IMG/VR virus record: IMGVR_UViG_3300042564_002559
Location: 1-31,910 of that record
Reading direction: 5' to 3' (one strand)
Source of the DNA: a virus
Lineage: Duplodnaviria; Caudoviricetes
DNA: 31,910 bases
The stretch's first letter is position 1, and each line of letters starts with the position of its first letter. A program made the translations under genes and the position numbers. Below are positions 8,292 through 17,244 of the stretch, piece by piece. Below the pieces are notes generated by a model. That model was not told the origin of the DNA and made no database searches. It was given only the letters and a program-made list of their open reading frames with translations.

Positions 8292-10127
8292 ATGGCAACA
8301 AACTTTCCAGAGGAATTAGATTCCTTTATAAATCCGCTATCCACGGATTCCGTTGCCGTTGTCTCACATTCAGAACAACACTCTAATGCCAATGACGCTA
8401 TTGAGGCTTTAGAGGCCAAGGTCGGTAAAGATGGCTCTACGGATCCCGTTTCTTTAGATTATAGGGTATCCGCTTTAGAAAACTCCTCAGTCGATCCAAA
8501 CGAAATAAAAGATATTGCGGCAGAGATATTAGATCATCAAGACCATACAAACATAACTGTAACTTATGATGATACAGCAAATAAATTAATTTTAACTTCA
8601 GAAAGCGGAGTCGCAGATTCTACAACAGACGACCTTGACGAAGGCACAACTAATCTTTATTTTACAAATCAACGTGCCCTAGATGCAACATCAACTGCAT
8701 ACGACCCAGCAGGTTCTGCTGCTACAGCACAATCAAACGCTGAAGATTACGCAGACGGCCTTGCCGTCAACTACGACCCAGCAGGTTCTGCTGCTACAGC
8801 AGAAACAAATGCAAACACTTATACAGATACAGCGCTTAATGACTATACTCCCACATCGACACTTGATACAACAGTTGGTGGATATGGATATTTAAAGTCA
8901 GCAGATCTTTCTGGATATGCGACAGAGTCATATGTTGGAACAGCAATTGACAACATTATAGAAGGAGCCCCAGCTCTTTTAGATACATTAAATGAATTAG
9001 CAGCAGCAATTGGCGATGATGAAAATTTTGTAACAACAATAAATAATGCATTAGCAACAAAAATAACAGCATCTAGTACAGATACTCTTACCAATAAAAC
9101 AATATCTATTCAGAGCGGTCTTACTTCCGTAGTTGGATATGACGATATAACAGGTTTTTATGGTCAGTCAGATATTCCAGTAATACAAGGCGGGCTTGAT
9201 AAAGGCGGAAGAATAAATATTAGTTCAGAAGGAGTAATAACACAGTCTGCCCCTGGAACTGGATATACCTCTGGATTAGCAATTATTGGTGGAGGAACAA
9301 GAGTTGCGATAGGAACTTCAAACAATACTCTTATTGGTAACCTGTCTGACTTTAATGCAGCCCTTCTAGATGCAGATTTTGCAACAACCGTAGATATTAC
9401 AAATGCAATTCAAGATGCTAATGATTATTCAGACGGTCTTGCCGTTAACTACGACCCAGCAGGTGCAGCAGCGACTGCACAAAGTAACGCAGAAGATTAC
9501 ACAGACACAGCAATATCAAGCCTTGGAGACGACATTGAGGCTGGATATATTCCAGTAACAGAAAAAGCTACATCTGGTGGAGTAGCTTCATTGAATTTAT
9601 CTGGAAAAGTTCCAGATACTCAATTAGATATAGATTCAACAATTCAAGACGTAGCATCTTCAATGATTACTGGCGGAACTCATACAAATATCTCTACATC
9701 TTTTGATAACGTTACTAAAAAACTTAGTTTTTCTACAACCCCATTAACACAAGACCAAATTCAAGATTTTGTCGCACCATTATTCACACATACTCAGCAT
9801 ACAAATGTTACAGCAACATATGATGATGACAATAATAGAATAGTTTTAAGTGCTTCAGGTGGTAGCGGCGGTGGAGCCTCAGTAACAATTTCTGCAACAG
9901 CCCCAACAAGTCCCACATTAGGAAATATTTGGCTAGATTCTGACAACGGAAGTACTTTTATTTGGGATGGAGTATACTGGGTAGAAATAGGAGGAGCGGG
10001 TACTGCAGAAGCAATTGCAGCAGTTGCATCTTCTGCGCCAGCAAATCCGATTCTTGGAAGAATTTGGTTAAACTCAACAACAGCTAAAACATATATATAT
10101 GATGGGTCATACTGGGTTGAGATATAG
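8292..10127 (+). CDS. Phage fibre protein with repeated shaft modules
   Basis: N-terminal MATNFP..LD...H..QH.NANDAIEALEAKVG; TTDDLDEGTTNLYFT; three YDPAGxAATA repeats; the GAPALLDTLNELAAAIGDD fibre motif; two C-terminal AP..P.LG.IWL.S...IW/YDG.YWVEI repeats. Confidence 0.8.
   Translation: MATNFPEELDSFINPLSTDSVAVVSHSEQHSNANDAIEALEAKVGKDGSTDPVSLDYRVSALENSSVDPNEIKDIAAEILDHQDHTNITVTYDDTANKLILTSESGVADSTTDDLDEGTTNLYFTNQRALDATSTAYDPAGSAATAQSNAEDYADGLAVNYDPAGSAATAETNANTYTDTALNDYTPTSTLDTTVGGYGYLKSADLSGYATESYVGTAIDNIIEGAPALLDTLNELAAAIGDDENFVTTINNALATKITASSTDTLTNKTISIQSGLTSVVGYDDITGFYGQSDIPVIQGGLDKGGRINISSEGVITQSAPGTGYTSGLAIIGGGTRVAIGTSNNTLIGNLSDFNAALLDADFATTVDITNAIQDANDYSDGLAVNYDPAGAAATAQSNAEDYTDTAISSLGDDIEAGYIPVTEKATSGGVASLNLSGKVPDTQLDIDSTIQDVASSMITGGTHTNISTSFDNVTKKLSFSTTPLTQDQIQDFVAPLFTHTQHTNVTATYDDDNNRIVLSASGGSGGGASVTISATAPTSPTLGNIWLDSDNGSTFIWDGVYWVEIGGAGTAEAIAAVASSAPANPILGRIWLNSTTAKTYIYDGSYWVEI
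8700..8801 (+). repeat. 30-nt exact direct repeat (YDPAGSAATA), 72-nt period
   Basis: TACGACCCAGCAGGTTCTGCTGCTACAGCA at 8700-8729 and 8772-8801, with a diverged third copy near 9450. Confidence 0.85.
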
Positions 10128-10131
10128 TTTA

Positions 10132-10140
10132 TGATAAAAT
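10132..10140 (+). promoter_or_regulatory. Putative extended -10 promoter (TGATAAAAT)
   Basis: TGn-TAAAAT in the intergenic gap, followed by an AGGAG RBS and ATG 10159. Confidence 0.55.
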
Positions 10141-10158
10141 GTACTTTAGGAGATTAAT

Positions 10159-10434
10159 ATGACGTCATCTTTAGGTTTCCCATCAAGTCCAACAACAAAC
10201 CAACAATATACTGTTGGTTCAAGAGTTTTTATTTGGGATGGGTCAGTTTGGAATTTAGTTTCTGCTGGAGTTACTCAAGAACAGATTCAAGATTATATTG
10301 ATCCACTTTTTACACATTCTAGTCACTCAAATATAACCGCAACATACGATGATGCAGCAAATAAAATTATTTTAAGCGCTTCAGGCGGTAGTGGTGGAGC
10401 AGCAGACATAGGCTTAATCGTAGGCTTGTCTTAA
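10159..10434 (+). CDS. Small fibre-associated structural protein
   Basis: FPSSPTTNQQYTVGSRVFIWDGSVW motif plus a module nearly duplicated from the 8292 gene (QIQDYIDPLFTH...TATYDD...LSASGGSGG). Confidence 0.7.
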   Translation: MTSSLGFPSSPTTNQQYTVGSRVFIWDGSVWNLVSAGVTQEQIQDYIDPLFTHSSHSNITATYDDAANKIILSASGGSGGAADIGLIVGLS

Positions 10435-10446
10435 GGAAAGGTATAG

Positions 10447-10461
10447 TATAATAAGACTATG
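10447..10461 (+). promoter_or_regulatory. -10 element 6 nt upstream of ATG (leaderless promoter)
   Basis: TATAAT 10447-10452, AAGACT, ATG 10459. No RBS between them. Confidence 0.6.
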
Positions 10462-10773
10462 GCCGTATTTAGTAATTTAAAAGAAAATGGTGTTGGAGAA
10501 ACACCAGTTACATTATTGACGGCAGCACAAGCAACTGTTATTGCAGGGTGCATGTTAGCAAATATTACAGGATCAACAAATTCAATTTCTCTTTATATAC
10601 AAAATGGATCTGAGATTTATTATATACTAAAGAGCAAATCAGTAGATGGTGGCAATTCATTTGATGCCATTACTGGTAACAAAATATTTCTAGAAAATGG
10701 AGATGCTCTTAAAGTCGTGGCAGGCACAGAAAGCGCCTTTGACGTAGTAGTCTCAATATTGGATGGTATCTAA
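10459..10773 (+). CDS. Small beta-sandwich virion adaptor-like protein (related to 6018..6347)
   Basis: TLLTA...TVIAGCMLAN...KIFLENGDALKV...DVVVSIL pattern, common in phage structural regions. Confidence 0.65.
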   Translation: MAVFSNLKENGVGETPVTLLTAAQATVIAGCMLANITGSTNSISLYIQNGSEIYYILKSKSVDGGNSFDAITGNKIFLENGDALKVVAGTESAFDVVVSILDGI

Positions 10774-10774
10774 A

Positions 10775-11032
10775 ATGGAAGCATATCAAGAGACAAACGC
10801 CTACCAGGAGATAGATCTGAGCTTTGCAACAAAAACCTTTTACGGGGTAAAATACAACAATGAGACTGGAAAACTCACTGTTGAAAGGATAAACGACGGG
10901 AGCCCAGTAAGGCTACCTGCCGAAAATATTATAAAGAAAGACGATTACAAAACTTGGTTTTGGAGCAAACATACGGTACAATTTGATTGGGATCAAAACC
11001 AAAAAACTAATCTGTTAATGGAGATACACTAA
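10775..11032 (+). CDS. Hypothetical virion-associated protein
   Basis: ATG 10775 lies just after the upstream stop (alternative start 10763). TFYGVK...GKL motif; abuts the giant fibre gene. Confidence 0.6.
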   Translation: MEAYQETNAYQEIDLSFATKTFYGVKYNNETGKLTVERINDGSPVRLPAENIIKKDDYKTWFWSKHTVQFDWDQNQKTNLLMEIH

Positions 11033-14000
11033 ATGACACAACTAATCGACCTAGGTAAGATCAGATTCTTTTTCGCAGGAACATGGAGCGATGCAACAAC
11101 ATACGAACTAAACGATGTTGTCAAGTACGGCGGTAACGTATATGTATACACATATGCTCTAGCATCACAAGGATATTTGCCAACCAATACAAACTATTGG
11201 GCATTAATGATCGAAGGTCTTAAGTTTACTGGTGTATGGAATAGCGCAACAGAATACCGTGTTGGCGATGGAATCGCATACGGTGGTAAAGTTTATATTT
11301 CTGTTAAAACAGGTTCAAATCAAGTTCCACCAAATGCAACATACTGGTCACAATTTGCAGACGGTATTCAGTATGAAGGAGCATGGTCTTCAACAGCTAA
11401 CTATCAAAAGAATGACGTAGTAACATATGGACCAGATGTATTCATTGCTAAGCAAGATACAACAAATCATAATCCTGCAACTTCCCCATCATATTGGGAT
11501 ACATTTGTAACTGGTATAGATGCAACTGGTGTATGGAATTCATCTACAGCATATACTCCAAATCAATTAGCCGCATACGGCGCAAGAATTTATTTATCTT
11601 TAACAAATAACACAAACAAAGTTCCTTCCACAAACTCATCAGATTGGGCACCTTATATTGATGGACTTCGTGCAATGGGAGTATATAGTTCAACTGCACA
11701 ATATCACATCAATGACATTGTAACTTATGGTTCAACAGTTTATATTGCAAAAGGTGACACACTTGGAAACACTCCAACAGATACAGTATACTGGGATATT
11801 CTAACATCTGGTACTACATACAAGGGTGTATGGGCAACATCTACAGAATATCTTGGCGGAGACATTGTTCAATGGGGCGGTAATACATATATTACAGATG
11901 CCTTCCACTCATCTTCATCTACATTTGCTACAGATAAAGATCTATACTGGGAAAAGTATAACTCAGGAATTCGATATCGTGGAGCTTGGGCAGCAAACAC
12001 ATTTTATATTGAAGGCGACGTTGTAAATGACGGTGAAAACTCACGTATCGCACTAGTAGACCATACATCAACACCATTCTTAATTGATGATGAAGAGTAT
12101 TGGGATATTCTAGCAAAGGGCGCTACTGGTCTTCTACCAGGTCAAGGCGGTAAAGCTGGATATGTTCTTACAACAGACGGAGCAGAAGCAACATTCGAAA
12201 GAGATGTAACAAACCTATACTTCGGTGATGGTGCACGTACATTTATTGAAGGTCCAGCAGCATTAACAGATGTTGCAACAGCAGCAGCATGGGACACAGA
12301 AGACTTTGCTCAAGCAGTTGTTATTAACAACCTTGACACATCAACAGGTGACGGATTAGCACAATCTGCTGACTTTATCGCATACACAGGAGATTCAACA
12401 AACACAAATGGTTGGGCAGATCTTGGATTCACAGGTAAAAACTTTGAAACAGCAGAATTTGGAATTACAGGTCCTGGAGACGGATATGTATTTGCTCAAG
12501 GATTTGAGCCATTAGTTGCAGTAATTACAAATAAGCAATTAGCAAATAATGTTGCAACAATTACAACAAATGCAGCACACAACTTTGAAGTTGGCAGAAA
12601 AGTAAAAATTCAAAATGTTGGTGCTCCATTTAATGGCACACACATTATAACAAACGTATCCGCAACCGAGTTTAGCTTTGCTAAAACAGCAACTGATGTA
12701 GAATCATCTTCTACTGCTGGATCAGCAACTATGTATTACGGAGAAGGAAATCTTGTTCTTGCAACAGGTGATAGCGGATCAGCAAATAAGATTATTATAG
12801 CAGCTGGAGGATTTTCTTCAGGTAATGAACAAATGTCTATTACTCCAGATCAAAACGTACACATTGAAATTGCAACAGCCTCAACAAGCGCCACAACAGG
12901 TGCGTTAACAGTTGTCGGTGGTGTTGGTATCACTGGTGATCAATATATTGCTGGTGACTTAACAGTTATTGGTAACGTAGACTTACAAGGAGTTACAAAA
13001 CTTCCAGTAGGTGCTGGCGCAACAGCGTATGAAACAGACGCAGAACTTACAGACGCAGTTATTATTGCGGCTGGAACATCTAGTTCATTCGTACAAAATG
13101 CATTAGTTAACCTAGGAACAGGAACATCTTCATCAGCAGACTATATTGCATATGCTGCAGAAGGAAATAACGTATCTGGTTGGGTTGACATGGGTATCAC
13201 TGGAGGAAACTTCAATGATCCATCATTTGGCGTAACAGGGCCTCACGATGGATATATCTTTATGTCCGCTCCAGAAGGAACCACAGGTAAGGGTAATCTA
13301 GTTCTTGCAACAGATAACACTGGTACAGATAATAAGATTATCTTTGCTGCTGGTGGTCTGTTTACTGGTAATGAGCAAATGACTATTACCCCAAATCAAA
13401 ACATTCATATTGAAATTGCAACACCTTCCGTTTCCCCTACAACAGGAGCACTGACACTTGTCGGTGGTCTTGGAGTTCAAGGAGATATCAACGTAGCAGG
13501 TGCAGTTAATATCGCTGGTGAAATTACATTCGGTGGTTCAGGAACAGTTGTTGAAACTGAAAACCTTGCAGTTGTTAACCCAATGGTATTCGTTGCAAGC
13601 GGAAACCCAACAGGAGACGGATTAACATTCGCCTTCCTTGGAGAATCTCGCTCACAACGTACATTAGTATTATCAAACGCAGTAAGCTTCCGTTCAGCAT
13701 CAAATAACGTAGCTACAATAGTAACAACAGCAGCACATAATTACGAAGTAAATGACACAGTAGTAGTTACAGGTGTAGACGATCTAGCATCACTATCAGT
13801 AGTTATTGTTTATGAAGTTACAGGGTCTACAAATGCTAAAATTACAACATCTGCCCCACACGGATTATTGGTCGGACAATCAATTACAGTATCTGGTGTA
13901 GCGGCAGCCGTAAATGGAACCTACACAATCGCAACAGTTCCATCAACTACAACTCTTACATATACAGTTGGATCAACATCAAACGTAGCACCATCTCCAG

Positions 14001-15199
14001 TATCAGGATTGGTACAAAGAGTTGCTCTTCCAAACGTTTACAATGGAAGCTATACAGTTACTGAAGTTCCAACTAGCACACAATTTAGATACGCAAGAAC
14101 AATTCCTGATGAGTCAGTAATTGCACCTAGCCGTACATATCCAAACGTAATAAGTTACTCATTAACAAACGGTGTAGTAACTTTAGTTCTTAATGATACA
14201 CCTCAAATAGATGTGGGTGGCTCAGTCCTTATTGCAGGAGTAACATCAGCACTAAATGGAACAAGAACAGTTACAGCACGTAGCATGTCAACTCCTTTCT
14301 CAATATCATATGCAAGAGCATTAGATGATATTGTGTCAACAACTCTTACTACAACAGTAGCAGCAAATATTACTAGCAGAAACCGTACATCTGGTGTAGC
14401 AACGCTTACAACAAGTGCTAACCATTCATTTGTACCAGGGCAATCAGTAGTAGTTGCTAACGTATCAAGTACATTTAATGGAACTTATACAATTACAGCA
14501 GTAACAGCAAATACAATTTCATACCTACAAGCACTGGCAGATATTGTTGAAACAGCCGAAACTGGTGGTACAACAACAGCAACTTATCCAAGCTATGGAT
14601 CATACAAGCTTCTTAGCTACCTAGGTGCATCATCTGTAACTAACCCACTACGTGGACAGTACACAGGTCTTGCTCGTAACCAAGCAAACCAGAAGTGGTA
14701 CTTGGTCGGAGGAATTGCAAATAAGCCTTCAGATACAATTGACTTCTCAGCTCCAGGAACAACCTTTACTAGAGAAGATCTAAACGTAGATACACTCGAA
14801 GCAAGAGAGGTAGCTCTCGATAAAGATCCTTGGACTGGACTACAGGCAGCAACCTATAGATCAACTTCTGAAGTTCCTTCTATAATCAGCGCAAGTACGA
14901 CACTAGTTGCAAAAACATGGACAAATCAATCAGAAAACGTAGTTCGTGCAACAGGAAGATACTTTGTAATACCAGCAACTGGAATGGTATTAACTCTACC
15001 AGCATCCCCAGCTCTTGGTGATACTGTTCAGATTACAGATATCGCTGGAACAGCAGGATCTGTTGCAACAAAGCCTGTAATAGCACGTAATGGTCAGCTA
15101 ATTCAAGGCAAAGCAGAAGATATGACATTCGATGTTTCGAGTGCATCAATAAAATTAGTTTATAGCAATACAACATATGGATGGAGGATAACACAGTAA
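11033..15199 (+). CDS. Large multidomain fibre/virion structural protein (1388 aa)
   Basis: Seven N-terminal G.W....Y...D.V.YG...Y repeats (CBM5/12 chitin-binding-like); a duplicated SADxIAY...GNLVLAT...NVHIEIAT module; five beta domains of the TT..H...VG..V....V...NGT type; and a C-terminal LTLPASPALGDTVQITD...GWRI domain as in T4-like fibre repeats. Confidence 0.85.
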   Translation: MTQLIDLGKIRFFFAGTWSDATTYELNDVVKYGGNVYVYTYALASQGYLPTNTNYWALMIEGLKFTGVWNSATEYRVGDGIAYGGKVYISVKTGSNQVPPNATYWSQFADGIQYEGAWSSTANYQKNDVVTYGPDVFIAKQDTTNHNPATSPSYWDTFVTGIDATGVWNSSTAYTPNQLAAYGARIYLSLTNNTNKVPSTNSSDWAPYIDGLRAMGVYSSTAQYHINDIVTYGSTVYIAKGDTLGNTPTDTVYWDILTSGTTYKGVWATSTEYLGGDIVQWGGNTYITDAFHSSSSTFATDKDLYWEKYNSGIRYRGAWAANTFYIEGDVVNDGENSRIALVDHTSTPFLIDDEEYWDILAKGATGLLPGQGGKAGYVLTTDGAEATFERDVTNLYFGDGARTFIEGPAALTDVATAAAWDTEDFAQAVVINNLDTSTGDGLAQSADFIAYTGDSTNTNGWADLGFTGKNFETAEFGITGPGDGYVFAQGFEPLVAVITNKQLANNVATITTNAAHNFEVGRKVKIQNVGAPFNGTHIITNVSATEFSFAKTATDVESSSTAGSATMYYGEGNLVLATGDSGSANKIIIAAGGFSSGNEQMSITPDQNVHIEIATASTSATTGALTVVGGVGITGDQYIAGDLTVIGNVDLQGVTKLPVGAGATAYETDAELTDAVIIAAGTSSSFVQNALVNLGTGTSSSADYIAYAAEGNNVSGWVDMGITGGNFNDPSFGVTGPHDGYIFMSAPEGTTGKGNLVLATDNTGTDNKIIFAAGGLFTGNEQMTITPNQNIHIEIATPSVSPTTGALTLVGGLGVQGDINVAGAVNIAGEITFGGSGTVVETENLAVVNPMVFVASGNPTGDGLTFAFLGESRSQRTLVLSNAVSFRSASNNVATIVTTAAHNYEVNDTVVVTGVDDLASLSVVIVYEVTGSTNAKITTSAPHGLLVGQSITVSGVAAAVNGTYTIATVPSTTTLTYTVGSTSNVAPSPVSGLVQRVALPNVYNGSYTVTEVPTSTQFRYARTIPDESVIAPSRTYPNVISYSLTNGVVTLVLNDTPQIDVGGSVLIAGVTSALNGTRTVTARSMSTPFSISYARALDDIVSTTLTTTVAANITSRNRTSGVATLTTSANHSFVPGQSVVVANVSSTFNGTYTITAVTANTISYLQALADIVETAETGGTTTATYPSYGSYKLLSYLGASSVTNPLRGQYTGLARNQANQKWYLVGGIANKPSDTIDFSAPGTTFTREDLNVDTLEAREVALDKDPWTGLQAATYRSTSEVPSIISASTTLVAKTWTNQSENVVRATGRYFVIPATGMVLTLPASPALGDTVQITDIAGTAGSVATKPVIARNGQLIQGKAEDMTFDVSSASIKLVYSNTTYGWRITQ

Positions 15200-15200
15200 A

Positions 15201-16112
15201 ATGGCAAATTTAAGTAGAGAATTAAATAACGCAATAGGTGCCAACGGGTTAGATCAGGGAGGATTGTGGAAAGAAGTAACCGATGGTTCCCGTTTTCCAT
15301 TTAGCATTCCAACAATCTATACAATTCATGGTCGCGTAGGTCCACAGAACTATACCTGGGGTAACTCAGACAATATCTGGACTTCATATCATAATTACAT
15401 GGCTAACGGTAACGACCATCCTCGTGCCTTTTGGTGGTGCTTAAATGATATTCGTTTAGACAACAATGGTCACGCCGACGGATCCCTTGAAAACTGGGAT
15501 CATCGAGCAATGCGTACTATTCAATACGCAGGCTCACGTTCAGTAGGATCTATTGATACTCAATATTTTACCCATCCACATGGAGGCTCGAATCTACCAA
15601 TAGAGTATCGTCAATTGTATATAAGAAATTATCATCCAACAACTGCATTTTCAGTAACAGTTTATGCTTCACATTCTAACTACTGGTCAAGTGGACACGA
15701 AGGAAGCTCAATGATTTTATGGCAACCAAACGTAAATGGATCTTATGCTGCAGTTACTGGTGGTACATGGACCACTTTATCAAGTCAGACATCAGGAAAC
15801 TCAATTGGATATACAAGAAGTGGAACATTTACTATTCAACCTCAAACAACTAATGTTGTTCAAATGAATAATACAATGCATCACTGGACATCATCATCCC
15901 AAGCAAATAAAAACTATGCAAGCAACACGTACTATAGATTAGAGGACACATTTGGTGCTAACTATAATGGCGCATACTGGATTCAGCCAGATCATAGAAT
16001 GCTATTTACAGCTGCAACATACTCTCAACCAGGAGAAAATACACATAATACAGCAACTGATCAAGTTTATAAAATTTGGAATAGAGCAGCATTGCTTTAT
16101 GGAAATAGATAA
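15201..16112 (+). CDS. Putative receptor-binding/adhesin tip protein
   Basis: Starts 1 nt after the fibre stop and precedes a fibre chaperone. Rich in Trp/His/Asn/Tyr. Function is inferred from position and composition. Confidence 0.55.
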   Translation: MANLSRELNNAIGANGLDQGGLWKEVTDGSRFPFSIPTIYTIHGRVGPQNYTWGNSDNIWTSYHNYMANGNDHPRAFWWCLNDIRLDNNGHADGSLENWDHRAMRTIQYAGSRSVGSIDTQYFTHPHGGSNLPIEYRQLYIRNYHPTTAFSVTVYASHSNYWSSGHEGSSMILWQPNVNGSYAAVTGGTWTTLSSQTSGNSIGYTRSGTFTIQPQTTNVVQMNNTMHHWTSSSQANKNYASNTYYRLEDTFGANYNGAYWIQPDHRMLFTAATYSQPGENTHNTATDQVYKIWNRAALLYGNR

Positions 16113-16123
16113 TAGGAGAAAAC

Positions 16124-16537
16124 ATGACTAATTATTATGTAAAATTTGATGAAAACGGAACTCAGTCAGAAATAAGATTTGGGTTAGATCAAGAAAATCC
16201 TTCTGGATGGATTGATACTGGACTAGACAATATTGACAATATGCAATTTAAACTAGTTAACGGTTCTGTGGTTCCTGCATCAGAAAATGAAATTTTAAAT
16301 ATGCGTAAAGAGCTATCTTATTTATCTGGACTAAAAAAAGCAAGAGTTTTTAGAAATGTACTTTTATCTGATTGTGATTGGACACAAGGAGAAGATTCAC
16401 CTTTATCTGAATCTGATAAAGCATTGTGGGCCACCTACAGACAACAATTAAGAGATCTTCCAAGTACAGTGAATACTGAAAATGGAGAATTTACTCTACC
16501 AACCCCACCAGATCCAAACTATAACCCATTACAATAA
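16124..16537 (+). CDS. Phage tail fibre assembly chaperone
   Basis: AGGAG RBS and the diagnostic RNVLLSDCDWTQGEDSPL...WATYRQQLRDLP motif. Confidence 0.9.
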   Translation: MTNYYVKFDENGTQSEIRFGLDQENPSGWIDTGLDNIDNMQFKLVNGSVVPASENEILNMRKELSYLSGLKKARVFRNVLLSDCDWTQGEDSPLSESDKALWATYRQQLRDLPSTVNTENGEFTLPTPPDPNYNPLQ

Positions 16538-16541
16538 AGTA

Positions 16542-16579
16542 TTTACATACCTTTAAAAATATGCTAAACTTTATACATG
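16542..16579 (+). promoter_or_regulatory. Leaderless promoter TTTACA-17-(TGc)TAAACT, 6 nt before ATG
   Basis: TTTACA 16542-16547, TAAACT 16565-16570 with an extended TG, ATG 16577. No RBS. Confidence 0.7.
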
Positions 16580-17233
16580 AATCACTATAATGTTGTAATT
16601 TGTAGCCCAGGGTATGAATTTGTTGCAGAATATGTAGAATCTCTTTCTGAAACAATGTCTCAGTGTGCAGAAAAAAACATAACAGTAAAATGGTTAAATG
16701 GTCAATCATCTAGAGTACATCATGCAAGAGAATTAACGATATCTGGTGATAAGTTCGATATACATAGAGAATCACAAAAGCCATTTAATAATAAATTTAC
16801 ATACGACACAATAGTTTGGATAGACTCAGATATATCTTGGACTAGCAAAGATTTTTTTAATTTAATAAATTCAAAATATGATATTACCACTGGCGCATAT
16901 CTATTGACAGATAATACCGCCACAGTGTATAATCAGAAGTATCTAAACGGAATTCCTAATTATTATATACTAGGAATGACAGAGCCAGAAAAAATTCAAT
17001 CATGCGGATTTGGATTTATTGCTATGAAAAAAGGTGTTTTTGAAAGAATTCCTAGGCCATGGTTTAATTTAGAATTAGCTTCCATAGGCCAAAAGTATGG
17101 TATGGACATATACGATCTTCTCGGAGAAGATATTTCCTGGTGCTATAAGGCACATAAGGCTAACATTGACATATGGTTTGACCCAAGTATTTTAGTTACC
17201 CATCATAAGAGAATTCCTCTTAGATTTAAATAG
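16577..17233 (+). CDS. GT-A fold glycosyltransferase (GT2-like)
   Basis: DxD motif WIDSDI, GFGFIAMKKGVFERI, GEDISWC and a C-terminal HHK. Confidence 0.8.
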   Translation: MNHYNVVICSPGYEFVAEYVESLSETMSQCAEKNITVKWLNGQSSRVHHARELTISGDKFDIHRESQKPFNNKFTYDTIVWIDSDISWTSKDFFNLINSKYDITTGAYLLTDNTATVYNQKYLNGIPNYYILGMTEPEKIQSCGFGFIAMKKGVFERIPRPWFNLELASIGQKYGMDIYDLLGEDISWCYKAHKANIDIWFDPSILVTHHKRIPLRFK

Positions 17234-17244
17234 AAAGACTGAAT

